Positions 13,108-24,125 of a stretch of 64,000 bases of DNA are shown here, piece by piece; positions within the stretch are counted from its first letter, which is position 1, and each line of letters opens with the position of its first letter. Made by a program: the position numbers and the translations under genes. A model generated the notes under the pieces. The model worked only from the letters and a program-made list of their open reading frames with translations, ran no database searches and was not told the DNA's origin. Origin of the DNA: Octopus sinensis (Eukaryota); NCBI RefSeq assembly GCF_006345805.1, contig NC_042999.1:34720001-34784000 (forward strand), in the 5' to 3' direction.

Positions 13108-13342
13108 ATGTATATGTGTGTGTATATGTTTGTGTGTCGGTGTTTGTCCCCCCATCATCGCTTGACAACCGATGCTGGTGTGTTTACGTCCCCGTAACTT
13201 AGCGGTTCGGCAAAAGAGACCGATAGGTTAAGTACTAGGTTTACAAAGAATAAGTGCTGGGGTCGATTTGCTCAACTACAGGCGGTGTTCATGCATGGTC
13301 ACAGTCAAATGACTGAAACAAGTAAAAGAGTAAAAGAGTAAA
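12909..13342 (+). mobile_element. SINE family C with ~100-bp internal (TA)n/(TG)n and deleted B-box region
   Basis: Colinear with 6908-7320; tail CAGTCAAATGACTGAAACAAGTAAAAGAGTAAAAGAG. Confidence 0.85.
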
Positions 13343-13738
13343 TATAATTATTAGAAACCTCACCCAATCGTTTCTATATAATCTTTATCATAATCTTTTA
13401 CTGCACCAAATAGAATTGGTTGAGCCAAGATTCAACTAATTCGATAGAAGATTTTTTCTCAGAATCCTAGAAAATAATGATTAAAATATATATTTGCATT
13501 AAGAATAGAATCATTAATGTGACAGCTTTTTGGTATATCACCATAAAATTATATATTTGAATTTCTTCATGCAACAAACATTATATTATACATGCACGTG
13601 GGCATCCTTCTTCTACACTCTTGCTAAAATTCGAAGACATATATATGTGTGTGTATGTGTGTATGCGTGTATGCATGTCTAATGTATCATGTATATATAT
13701 ACGTGTGTGTGTGTTATATATACATACATATATATAAA

Positions 13739-14029
13739 AATAAATAAAAAATATTTTAAAATACACATTAAGTACAGGACATCACCAATGGGTAAAAAAT
13801 ACGTAAACACACGAGAGACAAGTACAGGACAAAAATACCCCCAAAAATGCACAATAAATACAGGAATCACTAAGGAGTGAAAAATACGTAAACACATAAC
13901 GAGAGACAAGTCTAACTCAAAAGAAGTCTAACTCGTAGGTATTTTGTCCTATACTTATCTCTCGTGTGTTTACGTATTTTTTACCCGTTGATGATGTCCT
14001 CTACTTAATGTGTATTTTTTTTATTTATT
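13739..14029. repeat. Inverted repeat, ~90-bp arms, GTACAGGACA family
   Basis: 13739-13839 is the reverse complement of 13938-14029 with few mismatches; a related unit recurs at 14685-14830. Confidence 0.85.
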
Positions 14030-15742
14030 GATAATCGAACCCCACACAGCTTTGTCCACAGTAAGATCTTACATTTATATATAATTTCTGCGATTCCACA
14101 CATTGTTTTCTTTCCTTCTCTCTATCTCTCTATATTCCTCTTTATTTTCCGTTTCTACCCCCTCCTTCTTCGCTGTCTCCTGTCTTACTTCCACTCTTCT
14201 ATGTTTCGTTCTTTCTCCCTTCTCCCCACTCCCTTTGTGTCTTTCGTTCATCCTCTCTCTTGTCCGCCTTCATCTTTGCCTGTTGGTTACACGTGACTAC
14301 AGGCCATTTTTCTCTCGCCTCTGCCTTTTCTGGACCAGACGTCCACCTAGCTGGACGTCATTTCTTTTGCCTCCTGACATTTTTCTCTTCTACTATTTTC
14401 TTCTCGTCTATTTATTCTATATTCTTTCAAAATCTCTCCCAGACGTTACCCGTGACAATTCGTCTTGGCCCAACGGCCCATAATGTTTGTCTTCGTCGAT
14501 TGCTTACTCTGTACGTCCACTCTGTTGTTCTTTTTCGCTCAACGACCTAACTCTTCACAAATTTTATATTTTTAAAAATTCTGGATGCTGCTGTCTTATC
14601 AATTTTCCTATCTTGTCGTTGAAAGCACGAAATAGGGAGTAATAAACAGTCGAAAAGTGAGGAGGAGTCAGACTTCTTTTGTTATTTTTTCCTGTACTTG
14701 TCTCTCGTTATCTTGTTACGTAGTTATTCGTAGTTGGTGATGTCCTGTACTTCTTGTGCATTTTTTCTTATTTTGTCCTGTACTTATCTCTCGCGTGTTT
14801 ACGCATTTTTCACCAAATGCTTCTATGGAAGTGAGCATAGGAAGAGTAGTACTCGTATGAGTGTTAGTGTGTTTATATATGCGTATAGAGTTGCGCAAGT
14901 GAAGAAATATAGTGGAGGTGGTTAGTAGTAGTTGGGTGCTTGTATGTGTGTATTTGTATGTGTGTGTAATGATTAGTTTGGGATTCTGAAAGCGTGTAAG
15001 CGTAGAGGTGAGAACGTGTGCGAGGGTGGGGGAATAGAGGTTTTCATGAAGCACAGGGAATGGCTAAAAGAAGGTGGAAGATGCTATTGATGTATTTACA
15101 AGTGTACATCAAATATATATATAGGTGTGAGCAAACTTTTTCTTTGGTTTAAACAAAGAGTGAGGATACAAACTAAAATTTGAAGTTGTTAGAAAAGTTA
15201 TTGAATTCCGTGAAGAGAAGCAAAATGAAAGAAATTAGTAAAAATTACGCAACAATGAAGACAGCTGGAGAATTTGGGAGAGTATCCACAGGAAGAGACG
15301 AAACTGGTAACATTCAGGACAGAGTAGAATCAAATGTGATTAAGAATTGGACAGTTAATATAGTATAAAACAAAATACAATAGCGGAGGGAAATTTTGCT
15401 TTTGTGCAAGAGACGAGTAGGTAAAAAGGAAAGATAAATAAAGAAGTAGCGTACATGGCAGTGGTGGCAAGCTAAAGAATGAGTAGCGGTCAAGCAGAGA
15501 GGACAGGTGGAAGGTGGAATGAAAAGTGTAGGCCAAAACTTTCGACCAATCAGGGATGGATTTGGATCTACCTACAGACTTGAGTGAGCCCAAGTGCCAA
15601 GGTGTGTGAGTACGTCAACGAAACATGATCTTAGACAGATGGACGTATACACATATGTGTCTGTGTGTGAAGAGTAGGCATTTGAGTTATATTTGATTAT
15701 CAATATGCCTGTGCGTGTGCGATAGATATGTTGGTAAAAGTA

Positions 15743-15805
<63 letters not shown>

Positions 15806-17469
15806 ATTTTTTTCTGTCGGTATATATATATTTCTATTTCATTTAGTGCATTTTAGGAAAAACCTCGTAACGCCCGTTTAAGAAAGAGCTCCTATGCTTT
15901 TGTTTGGCTACCACATATTATATATCAGAGTATATAAGGGTATGCAGAATTCCTTTGTGTTTAGGATTAATATAATACTACGAATAATAATATAACAGGG
16001 ATGAAAGTCAACAGGCTTAAATGGTAGATCACGACGTACGTTTCTGCACCCAACATCAGATTTAATTTGCAAGGTTCATATTCTTATAGCATCATATATG
16101 ATTACTCTTAATAATTATTATGTAGTTGATTTTTTTTAAACAACAGGTACATGCGGAAGCGTTAGCGGGCGTGGTCCGATAAAATATCAGTAAAATCTAG
16201 CAGTTATTTATGGGGCTTCACCCGATGAAGAGCCCACATGAAGATTGTTATAATACAACGCCAGCGTCCAGCACATTATTTTTTTCGAGGGCCTATCATG
16301 CTGGTATTTCAGGCTCCGTCGTTGAATCGAGAAATGTAGATTGATTGTTTTTATCATTTTCTTTACCTTCGTCGTATCTTGAAACACATTTACAAATAAT
16401 TGTAGACGTATTTATTTTCCCCGTGATTCATCATTAAGGAAGCAATTAAAATAAAAAGTGAATAATACAAAGAAGCAAATATAAAAAAAAACAAAGTAAA
16501 AATAATTTTCTTTTAAGCGAGAAAATGTTGTATGTTTTCTGAAGGGTATATATCGAAAGCAGTATAGCTATACCTATTTAGAAATGAGGTAAGATTATCC
16601 ACTTGTATGTTTAAGGAACGTTGAACTCCGGAAACTTGTTCAGTTACTCTAAACATTGGGAACATAATGAGATACTTGACACACAATATATCAACTTACT
16701 TTCTTGTAAATATATATTCAGAGAAAAGTATGGAAAAGAATAACAGGTCAATCATAGTTTTATGTTGTAAGCCATGAAGAGGTCACAAGAACAGACACTA
16801 AATGGTTTCCTTTGTTAATTTATGACGCTTATCTCAGAGGCTAACATTTTGTGTACAAATATCGCTGGAGTTGTCTTCATTTTCTTCTTTTTTATTCTGT
16901 ACAAAAACAACACTTCTGTTATATGCAATTCTTACTCTTTACTATATTTTGTCAGTTTACGTACATAAAAAAAAAATTGAAGAATAAACTCCATGCTAAA
17001 ATATCTTATCAGACTTTTGAAAAATTTAAATTCTAATTTTGCACACTCTAATATACAAGGCCCAACAAAACGACGCCTAATACAAGAAAAAACATAGAGA
17101 GACAAACAACAAATAATCACAAAGAAGGAAAAGCGAAGCAGTTTACAGTCATTTATTATCGATAATGGTTATCTCATAACAATGTTTTCTCTTTTATTTT
17201 TATTCTTCTTTCGGTTTGTTTCATTTTCATATTTCTTAAAATAAGTTATAATTATCTCTATGAATATAGTTACGTCTTATATGTTCACGTGAGAAACATT
17301 GCATGCATGTATACATATCTTTCTAACCGTGTGTGTTTGTAAGTGTGAGAATGTGTAGGTGTGTGAATGTGTGTGTTTCAACTGCAAATTCTATAGAGAC
17401 GAACCATTTTCTATACATAAATTTTGTGGAATAGAAGCATAAATGAAATATGAACGGTATATATGGGTG

Positions 17470-17548
<79 letters not shown>

Positions 17549-18039
17549 CAATTACATTTTGGAAAAATTAAAAGAATATTTACATAGTATTCAAATACAA
17601 GGGCATTTTGCTTGTTTCTGCCTGTCACTGTCTCTTTTGGTTACTCTTGTGAGTTCGGGGTCGTTGTGAATTCTTGGCACAGAAGGAGGAGGAGGGGATG
17701 GGGGAGGAGGAGGAAGGGGAAGAGGAGTAAGAGGAGGATAAAAAGAATGCGGGAGTGCCATGATACCAGTTGGATGTTAAATGGTCAAGTGCTCTGAAAG
17801 TGACTTGTTGTGGATGGTAGCATTGAGTGAATTCTTGAGACATCTCTTTTGAATGTATTGTTTACAATATTTGCGTAGGTGTTATTCTAAACAGTAATAG
17901 TAGTAAAGTAAGGAAGGTGGAGGCGGAGAGGAAGAAGACAAAGAGAGAATAATAAGGGAATGCAGGTGGTATAATATTAGTAGGATGTTAAAAGGTCAAC
18001 TGGACTAAAAGTGACTCGTTGTTAAAAGCTACATAAGGG

Positions 18040-18690
18040 ACGACCTGGATATGCTCAGTCACCTTCCTGAAACAATAAACAAAAATACCCTTCTAGTATC
18101 CTTCGATGTAGTCAACCTCTATTCCAATATTCCTCACAACCTTGGAATAGCGACAATTCAATTGTGGCCAGAGATTTACACCTTCATAAAAAGCAAGCGA
18201 CAACCCAAATCAATGAAAAGTCTCATAACACAAGCCTGAATACGCTCAACAACACAGAAGCCGTCAGTAAAATATGCGGAAGACCCAACTGTGAGATATG
18301 AGTCAATTTAATTGAGGGATCAAAGTTCTCCTTCAAACAGGGACAACGTTTCACAGTGCAAAGCAGCTTCATATGTGCTTCAGAAAACCTGATATACGCA
18401 CTAACATGCTCTGGGTGACAAGAGCAATACATAGGCCAAACAAAAAACAGTCTACGTCAAAGGATGGGTCTGCACAGATCCCAGACCAAAATTCCTCAAA
18501 ATAGAAAAATAGCATTCAGCCAACACATCGACATTTGCGCCAATAACAAAAATCCAAGCTTCAGAATTTTCCCCCTCTACCAATTCAGGGACGATGCAAC
18601 CTGTAGCCAACGAATTAATAAAGAGACTCTCTTTATTACAAAATACAGACCCCTGCTGAACGCATCTACAACAAACGACATATCCACCAC
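18040..18690 (+). pseudogene. Penelope RT / GIY-YIG endonuclease remnant (internal deletion, stops)
   Basis: ORFs 18051..18239 and 18464..18724; C-terminal KE...I.KY.P.LN motif. Confidence 0.8.
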
Positions 18691-19198
18691 GGCCAACACA
18701 AACACACGCAAATATAAAAAATGATACATTCAAGAGATATCCAAGAATTCATTAAAAAACAGTCCCAATCACTGCTATAATCCACAAAGTTCCGACTTTA
18801 GGTCACTTGACCATTTAACATCCTACTACTATCATACCACCTGCATTCCCTTATTATTATATCTTCTCTTTCTCCTTCTTTTTATTCGTCTTCTTCTTCT
18901 CCACCACCTCCTTCCTTACTTTACTACCTCAAGAATTATTGTCTCAAGAATTCATTCACTACTACCACCCACAACAAGTCACTTTCAGTGCACTTTACTA
19001 TTTAACATCCGACTACTATCATGACACTCACGCATTCCGCATTCTTCTTCTCCTCCGCTTCCTCCTACGCCTTCTTCTTCTTCGTCACAAGAGTAAACAA
19101 GACAGAGTCAAGCAGAAACAAGGAAAATGCCACTTGGATTTGAATGCTATGCAAATATTATTTTTAAAGACTTTTCTTTTAATTGTTTTCCATTCTTA

Positions 19199-19234
19199 CA
19201 GTTGAAAAAGTATCAATGACTGAAATCGGTACTG
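19199..19234 (+). ncRNA. Degenerate type I hammerhead ribozyme in Penelope pLTR
   Basis: CAG-TTGAAAA-AGTATCAATGACT-GAAA-TCGG-TA-CTG; homologous to 63260-63297 with weakened stems II and III. Confidence 0.55.
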
Positions 19235-19308
19235 AAATGTTTTTGTTAGAAAAAGTTTTTAACATTTATTTCTTTCCATATATATAAACTAGTGCATTCC
19301 TTTTCAAA

Positions 19309-19340
<32 letters not shown>

Positions 19341-19344
<4 letters not shown>

Positions 19345-19667
19345 TCAGTGGTTAGAGCGTCGAGCTTACGATGGTGAGGTTGTGAGCTCGAATCCCGGAC
19401 CGGGCTGCGTGTTGTGTTCTTGAGCAAGACATTTTATTTCACGTTGCTCCAGTTCACTCAGCTGTAGAAATGAGTTGCGACGTCACAGGTGCCAAGCTGT
19501 ATCGGCCCTTGCTTTTCCCTTGGACAACATCGGTGGCGTGGAGAGGAGAGGCCGGTATGCATGGGCGACTGCTGGTCTTCCATGAAACAACCTTGCCCAG
19601 ACTTGTGTCTCAGAGAGTATCTCTCTGGGTGCAAACCCATGGTCAGTGTCTGACCGAAGGGGGTCAC
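19341..19667 (+). mobile_element. tRNA-derived SINE family D (CORE-like central domain)
   Basis: A-box TGGCTCAGTGG, B-box GCTCGAATCC, then CTTGAGCAAGACA...CACTCAGCTGTAGAAATG resembling the MIR/CORE consensus; single copy in the window. Confidence 0.7.
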
Positions 19668-19710
19668 TACTATATATATATGTGTGTGTGTATATGTATA
19701 TTTATATATC

Positions 19711-19741
<31 letters not shown>

Positions 19742-20212
19742 GCACACAGGTTTATGTATAAACATGTATATGCATGCCTTTTTACGTTTTAATAAGTATA
19801 TATGTATGTATGGGTAAACCACTGTGTATCCGTGCGCGCGCGAGTGCATGTGTGTGTGTGAGTAGTATCTGGGACTACTTGCAAACTGAGTAATTTTAAT
19901 TTCCAAGAGAAAGGCATTAGTTGTTCGAATGAAGAAGCAAATAATTATTCATTAAGAATCCACTACGATAAGACAGGGAAATTGCAACTGATTCGCATCC
20001 TACACACAAATAGCCACACATACACACACAAACACACAACAGATGTCCGCATTTCTAGTTTGTTGATTAACTGTTATTTGAATTATGTATGTGATATGTG
20101 TGTATATGATTTTGATTTGATTTTTTGATTTGATTTTGATTTTTCCAGTTTCAGCTTATGAGCTGTGGCCATGCTGGGGCACCGCCATTTGGTGTTGCTA
20201 CTTGGTTTCACT

Positions 20213-22432
20213 TCATGAAGGCTTTCTAGCAGCTGCTATTTGGTGCATGAGAGAGTTCGATGCAGCTGCCCTCATCTGCCCCTCCTGCCGTGAAGTTGTT
20301 TCATCTGGGACACCTGACAGGAAGAGATCCAGCTTCATTTTAAAGACATCTGTATCCACCCCATGCAGGTCTCTCAGGTTCTTCGGGAGGATATTGAAGA
20401 GCTGTGGGCCTCGGAAGCCCAGGCTATCACAGAATCTTGTCCTACATCTTGATGGCAAGTTTGGAGTCCTAGGCACCACGCAGTGGCGCCCAGTTCTGGC
20501 ATTTGCGTAACTCTCGATGCCAAAGTTCAGGACACTTCCCTCCAGGATCTTCCAGATGTATATTATGGCATATCTTTCCCGCCTACGCTCCAGGGAATAT
20601 AATTTTAATTTCCTGAGTCTTTCCCAGTAGCTTACATTCTGCATAGAGGCTATCTTCTTCGTGTAGCTACGTTGGATCGCCTCGAGCTCTGTGATCAACT
20701 TGACACTGGATGGTGACCATAACTGAGAGCAGTAGTCAAAGTGGCTTAGGACAAGTGTCCTCCAGAGGACCATCATGGTTTCTTGTTCTCTTGTTCTAAA
20801 GGTTCTGAGGATCCATCCGGCCAGTCGTCTACATTTCATTGCCAATTTAGCAACATGTACACGAAAGGTCGCGTCATCACTCATGTAAATACCTAGGTCA
20901 CGCACTGATTGTGCCTCTGGGATTGCTATTCCTCCGGGTCCAGTGTATTCATTGGGTATTGCATTTAGTTCTGCATGCTGATAGTATAGAGCTTGAAACT
21001 TTTCAGCATTGAACTGCATGCTATTCTTTTCGGCCCACTTGTATATTTTGTCTAGCTCACATTGCAGGTGTTTAGTGTCCTCAGGGTTCTGTATTGCCTG
21101 TGAAACTTTTGTATCATCTGTATAACTTGTGATCGTGGCTCTCTGCGTGGCTGAGGGCATGTCTGAGAGGGCCATTATGAACAGTAGTGGTCCCAGAACA
21201 GTGCCCTGCGGAACACCGCTCACTATTTGCGTGTTAATGGAAGTGGCCCCATTGGCCACTACCACCTGACTTCTATCTTTCAGAAAGTCATGAAGCCATT
21301 CTTCCAGTTTTCCAACTATGTTGAGATCACGCAGTTTGTGACATATCATTCCATGATCGACTTTATCAAAGGCCTTTGCAAAGTCGAGATATATCACTTC
21401 CACATTTGAGTGGTTGAGCAGCCGTTTCAGCACCCAGTCATAGTGTTGTAGGAGCTGAGTTAAACAGCTTCTCCCTGGTCGGAAACCATGTTGGGTGTCG
21501 GGCAGCAAGTCATTTTCTTCAAAGAAGGTGATCAGCTTCCTTCTGACTATTCGTTCCATGACCTTGCTGATGTGTGAGGTCAGAGAGATAGGTCTATAGT
21601 TCTTGGCTTCCGCTCTGCTACCTCCTTTATGAATGGGGCATATTTTACCTTCCTTCAGTTTTCTTGGAAGTTTGCCAGCTGCAAGGAAGCTCTGAAAGAG
21701 GAACTGCAGTGGTCTTGCTAGGACTCTCTTACGTGCTTTTAGGAGAATTGCCGGGAATCCATCGGGGCCAGGAGCTGAGTCTGTTTTCATTTCATCTATA
21801 GCCTTGATTACATCGTCTTCCTTTATATCGATGTAATCTATCGTCGCCGCCTCTGATTTTATATCTGCAGTGGTAAAAAAGTCAGTTGGATTGGTGATTT
21901 GGAGATGCCCAAGGGGTGGAGTGAAAACACTCTTGAATTGCTCATTCAGTATTTCACTTACCCTCATTGGTTTTCCTGTAAGTGTGCCATCCTTTTCGAG
22001 GAGTGGCCCTATTCTACAGTGCACCGTAGCTGTTTCTTTGGCATACCTGTAGAAAGCTCTGGGGTTAGATTTTATGTTGTCTATAGCCCAGGCTTCTTTG
22101 TCTGCTCTTTCCTTTTCATGGGAGAGTTTCAGACATTTTTCGATTTCCAACAGTTTTATTTTTAGGCGGGACTTTTCACTGCTTTCAATCTGTTTGTTTA
22201 GGCGATTTGAAAATTTTGTACGCCGTCTCATTAGAATTTTCCTCTCTCTGGGGATTTTGTTCTTGTGTACAGTGGCCTTTCTCTCTGGGACATATTTGTA
22301 GCATATGGCTTGCATTACAGACATGAATTGTTGAAGTTTCACGTCGATGTCTGGCGAGGAGAGACATTTAGGCCAGTTTTGTTTGAGGATCTCTTTCTCA
22401 ATTTGTTTCCAGTTTGCCTTATGGTAGTTCAA
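20213..22432 (-). CDS. LINE ORF2 C-terminal part: reverse transcriptase (frameshift-separated from APE; YTDD)
   Basis: SAPGPDG, NYRPISLTSHISKVMERIV, QHGFRPGRSC, YLDFAKAFDKVDH, GVPQGTVLGPLLF, YTDDTK, DYCSQLWSP, YWERLRKLKLYSLERRR. Confidence 0.93.
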   Translation of the reverse strand: MNYHKANWKQIEKEILKQNWPKCLSSPDIDVKLQQFMSVMQAICYKYVPERKATVHKNKIPRERKILMRRRTKFSNRLNKQIESSEKSRLKIKLLEIEKCLKLSHEKERADKEAWAIDNIKSNPRAFYRYAKETATVHCRIGPLLEKDGTLTGKPMRVSEILNEQFKSVFTPPLGHLQITNPTDFFTTADIKSEAATIDYIDIKEDDVIKAIDEMKTDSAPGPDGFPAILLKARKRVLARPLQFLFQSFLAAGKLPRKLKEGKICPIHKGGSRAEAKNYRPISLTSHISKVMERIVRRKLITFFEENDLLPDTQHGFRPGRSCLTQLLQHYDWVLKRLLNHSNVEVIYLDFAKAFDKVDHGMICHKLRDLNIVGKLEEWLHDFLKDRSQVVVANGATSINTQIVSGVPQGTVLGPLLFIMALSDMPSATQRATITSYTDDTKVSQAIQNPEDTKHLQCELDKIYKWAEKNSMQFNAEKFQALYYQHAELNAIPNEYTGPGGIAIPEAQSVRDLGIYMSDDATFRVHVAKLAMKCRRLAGWILRTFRTREQETMMVLWRTLVLSHFDYCSQLWSPSSVKLITELEAIQRSYTKKIASMQNVSYWERLRKLKLYSLERRRERYAIIYIWKILEGSVLNFGIESYANARTGRHCVVPRTPNLPSRCRTRFCDSLGFRGPQLFNILPKNLRDLHGVDTDVFKMKLDLFLSGVPDETTSRQEGQMRAAASNSLMHQIAAARKPS

Positions 22433-23319
22433 GCTGGAAAGATTCTGGGGGTTCTTGTAGGCTGCATGTCCGTGCTCTCTTTTGGCCCGTACATGGTCAG
22501 CTCTATCATGTTGTGATCCGAGAGTAGTGTCGGTGTCACTTTCACATTATGGATGAGATCCATGTCATTTGTGAAGCAGAGATCCAGTGTGTTACCTGCC
22601 CTGGTTGGTTGGAGTATTACCTGCTCCATGTACAGGGTGTTGATGAGGTTCAGGAGGGACCTCGCCTGTCCTCGTTCACATCTTGTCATTCCTGGGAGAG
22701 AAAGGCCCTCGGGCCATCTGACATTTGGCAGATTGAAGTCTCCCATAAGAAGTACACTTATGTGTTGTTCTAATGTGGTTAGAACTTCTTCTATTTTTAT
22801 AAGGCAGTCTTCAAACTTGCCCACATGGCTTGGGGCATCTGGAGGGCGGTATGTAGCACACACAACTACATCAAGTTGCCTAATATGTACAATTAGTGTG
22901 TCACACACCGAGTTTGAGTATGACAAGAGGACCTGGGGTGTGAGGTCCTCACGGATGTACATAGCAACACCTCCATGACTCATTTCTTTCCTGTCGGTCC
23001 GTAGTACAGCATACTGTGGTATGTGTAACTCCGCATCTGTTATATCCGGTTTCAGGTGCGTTTCCGTTAGTGCTATGCATAAGGCTTGATTGCATGCAAC
23101 AAAATCTCTCAGGAACGGGATTTTTGTCCTGTTACTGAGTGTTTGCAGTCCTCTGATGTTCAGTAGGAGCATCGAGGTGAGGTGTACGTTGTTGCCGGTG
23201 GTGTCCATCCTGGGTCTGTTTGCTGTGGTGGTGGTCTGGTATATAGTGGGTAGTCCCACCTGCGGGCTTGGGTTTGATGAAGCCAGGTCAGCTGCTGTAC
23301 AATCTTTTGTGCCATGCAC
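22429..23319 (-). CDS. LINE ORF2 N-terminal part: APE-type endonuclease (probable real start ATG at 23208)
   Basis: LLNIRGL, ALTETHL, RTDR, GGVAMYI, YRPP, MGDFNLP, LDLCFTN, LSDHNMI. Confidence 0.92.
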   Translation of the reverse strand: MHGTKDCTAADLASSNPSPQVGLPTIYQTTTTANRPRMDTTGNNVHLTSMLLLNIRGLQTLSNRTKIPFLRDFVACNQALCIALTETHLKPDITDAELHIPQYAVLRTDRKEMSHGGVAMYIREDLTPQVLLSYSNSVCDTLIVHIRQLDVVVCATYRPPDAPSHVGKFEDCLIKIEEVLTTLEQHISVLLMGDFNLPNVRWPEGLSLPGMTRCERGQARSLLNLINTLYMEQVILQPTRAGNTLDLCFTNDMDLIHNVKVTPTLLSDHNMIELTMYGPKESTDMQPTRTPRIFPA

Positions 23320-24068
23320 AAAAAAGATTGTTGCTCAGCAGCTGCCCTTTCGACAACATCATGTTGGTGGTTTGTGGCACGCACAACATCTGCGTACCTC
23401 CGCTTTGGCGCAAGTGGTGCGTGGTCCATCCCTTTTCCTTGTGTTGATGGTTTGTCCATCTGCCTCGTGTCTCTGTGGCAGGGTCCCCGATGTGCAAAGC
23501 GGCAGCCTGCACCTTCCTTTCCATGCCAGCAGGAACCTCTCGGGTAGAACCTACACACCTGTGTGCGCTGTCCGTTTCCATCGGTTGCGGTTCCACTTCT
23601 ATTCCTGGTTTTTTCACCCTTTGGTCCTGCTTGAGCTTTTTCTTTAGCTCTACCAGCCCTTCTTTTAGTTCTTCCTCCTCCCTCTACCTCTTCACCGGGT
23701 TCTCCGTCTCCATGGCCTTTGCTGCCGGTTGGAGAACTTGCACCTGGGTTCACTTCCCGGGAAGGTTTCTCATTCAAAACCTCCTCCCAGGCATCCACCA
23801 GGTGGGGGTGACTTCTTTCATCGTCTCCATTCTTGTCATCTTTGCCTCGCTCGTTCTCAAAGATGGCATCAAGTGCGCCAATGTGCGACCGTACAAGCGC
23901 ATATGAGCGCACGAATTCCCGTCTCTTTCGCTCCATCTGAGCCGCTGTCCTCTTGTAGCCTCTGCTCTTCAGCGCAGCCGCAATCACCTCGCTAGGGCTA
24001 TCTCCGCCGGCGCACCCCCATGCTTGTACGAATAAATCCAGCTCGTCAGGTCTCCATGCTCTGGACAT
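23160..24068 (-). CDS. LINE ORF1 protein: N-terminal Myb/SANT-like helix bundle plus CCCH zinc finger
   Basis: 302-aa open frame in ORF1 position; W..DE..LF..AW...IA..L..RGY.RT..Q...K pattern; C-x7-C-x8-C-x3-H at 23490-23555. Confidence 0.8.
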   Translation of the reverse strand: MSRAWRPDELDLFVQAWGCAGGDSPSEVIAAALKSRGYKRTAAQMERKRREFVRSYALVRSHIGALDAIFENERGKDDKNGDDERSHPHLVDAWEEVLNEKPSREVNPGASSPTGSKGHGDGEPGEEVEGGGRTKRRAGRAKEKAQAGPKGEKTRNRSGTATDGNGQRTQVCRFYPRGSCWHGKEGAGCRFAHRGPCHRDTRQMDKPSTQGKGMDHAPLAPKRRYADVVRATNHQHDVVERAAAEQQSFLCMAQKIVQQLTWLHQTQARRWDYPLYTRPPPQQTDPGWTPPATTYTSPRCSY

Positions 24069-24125
24069 GCTGGATGATCTGTCTATTTGTTTATCTATTT
24101 AACTATGTTCGAGAGAAGACAAGAA

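Larger units (their letters stand above)
17545..19290 (+). mobile_element. Penelope-like element with inverted 5' pseudo-LTR (older copy)
   Basis: RT motif LVSFDVVNLYSNIPH and GIY-YIG region (NLIYALTCSG*QEQYIGQTKNSLRQRM...H) between inverted repeats 17545-18010 and 18780-19190. Confidence 0.8.

Noticed and set aside
15520-15590. Possible decayed hammerhead in a purine-rich repeat
   Set aside because: The core reads CTGTAGG and stems do not pair in register.
22429-22445. Programmed -1 frameshift between APE and RT
   Set aside because: No X XXY YYZ slippery heptamer; a one-base deletion in a T run restores a normal ORF2.
20130-23995. Plus-strand ORFs overlapping the LINE (126, 141, 185, 143 aa etc.)
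   Set aside because: Antisense shadows of GC-rich coding DNA; no recognisable motifs.
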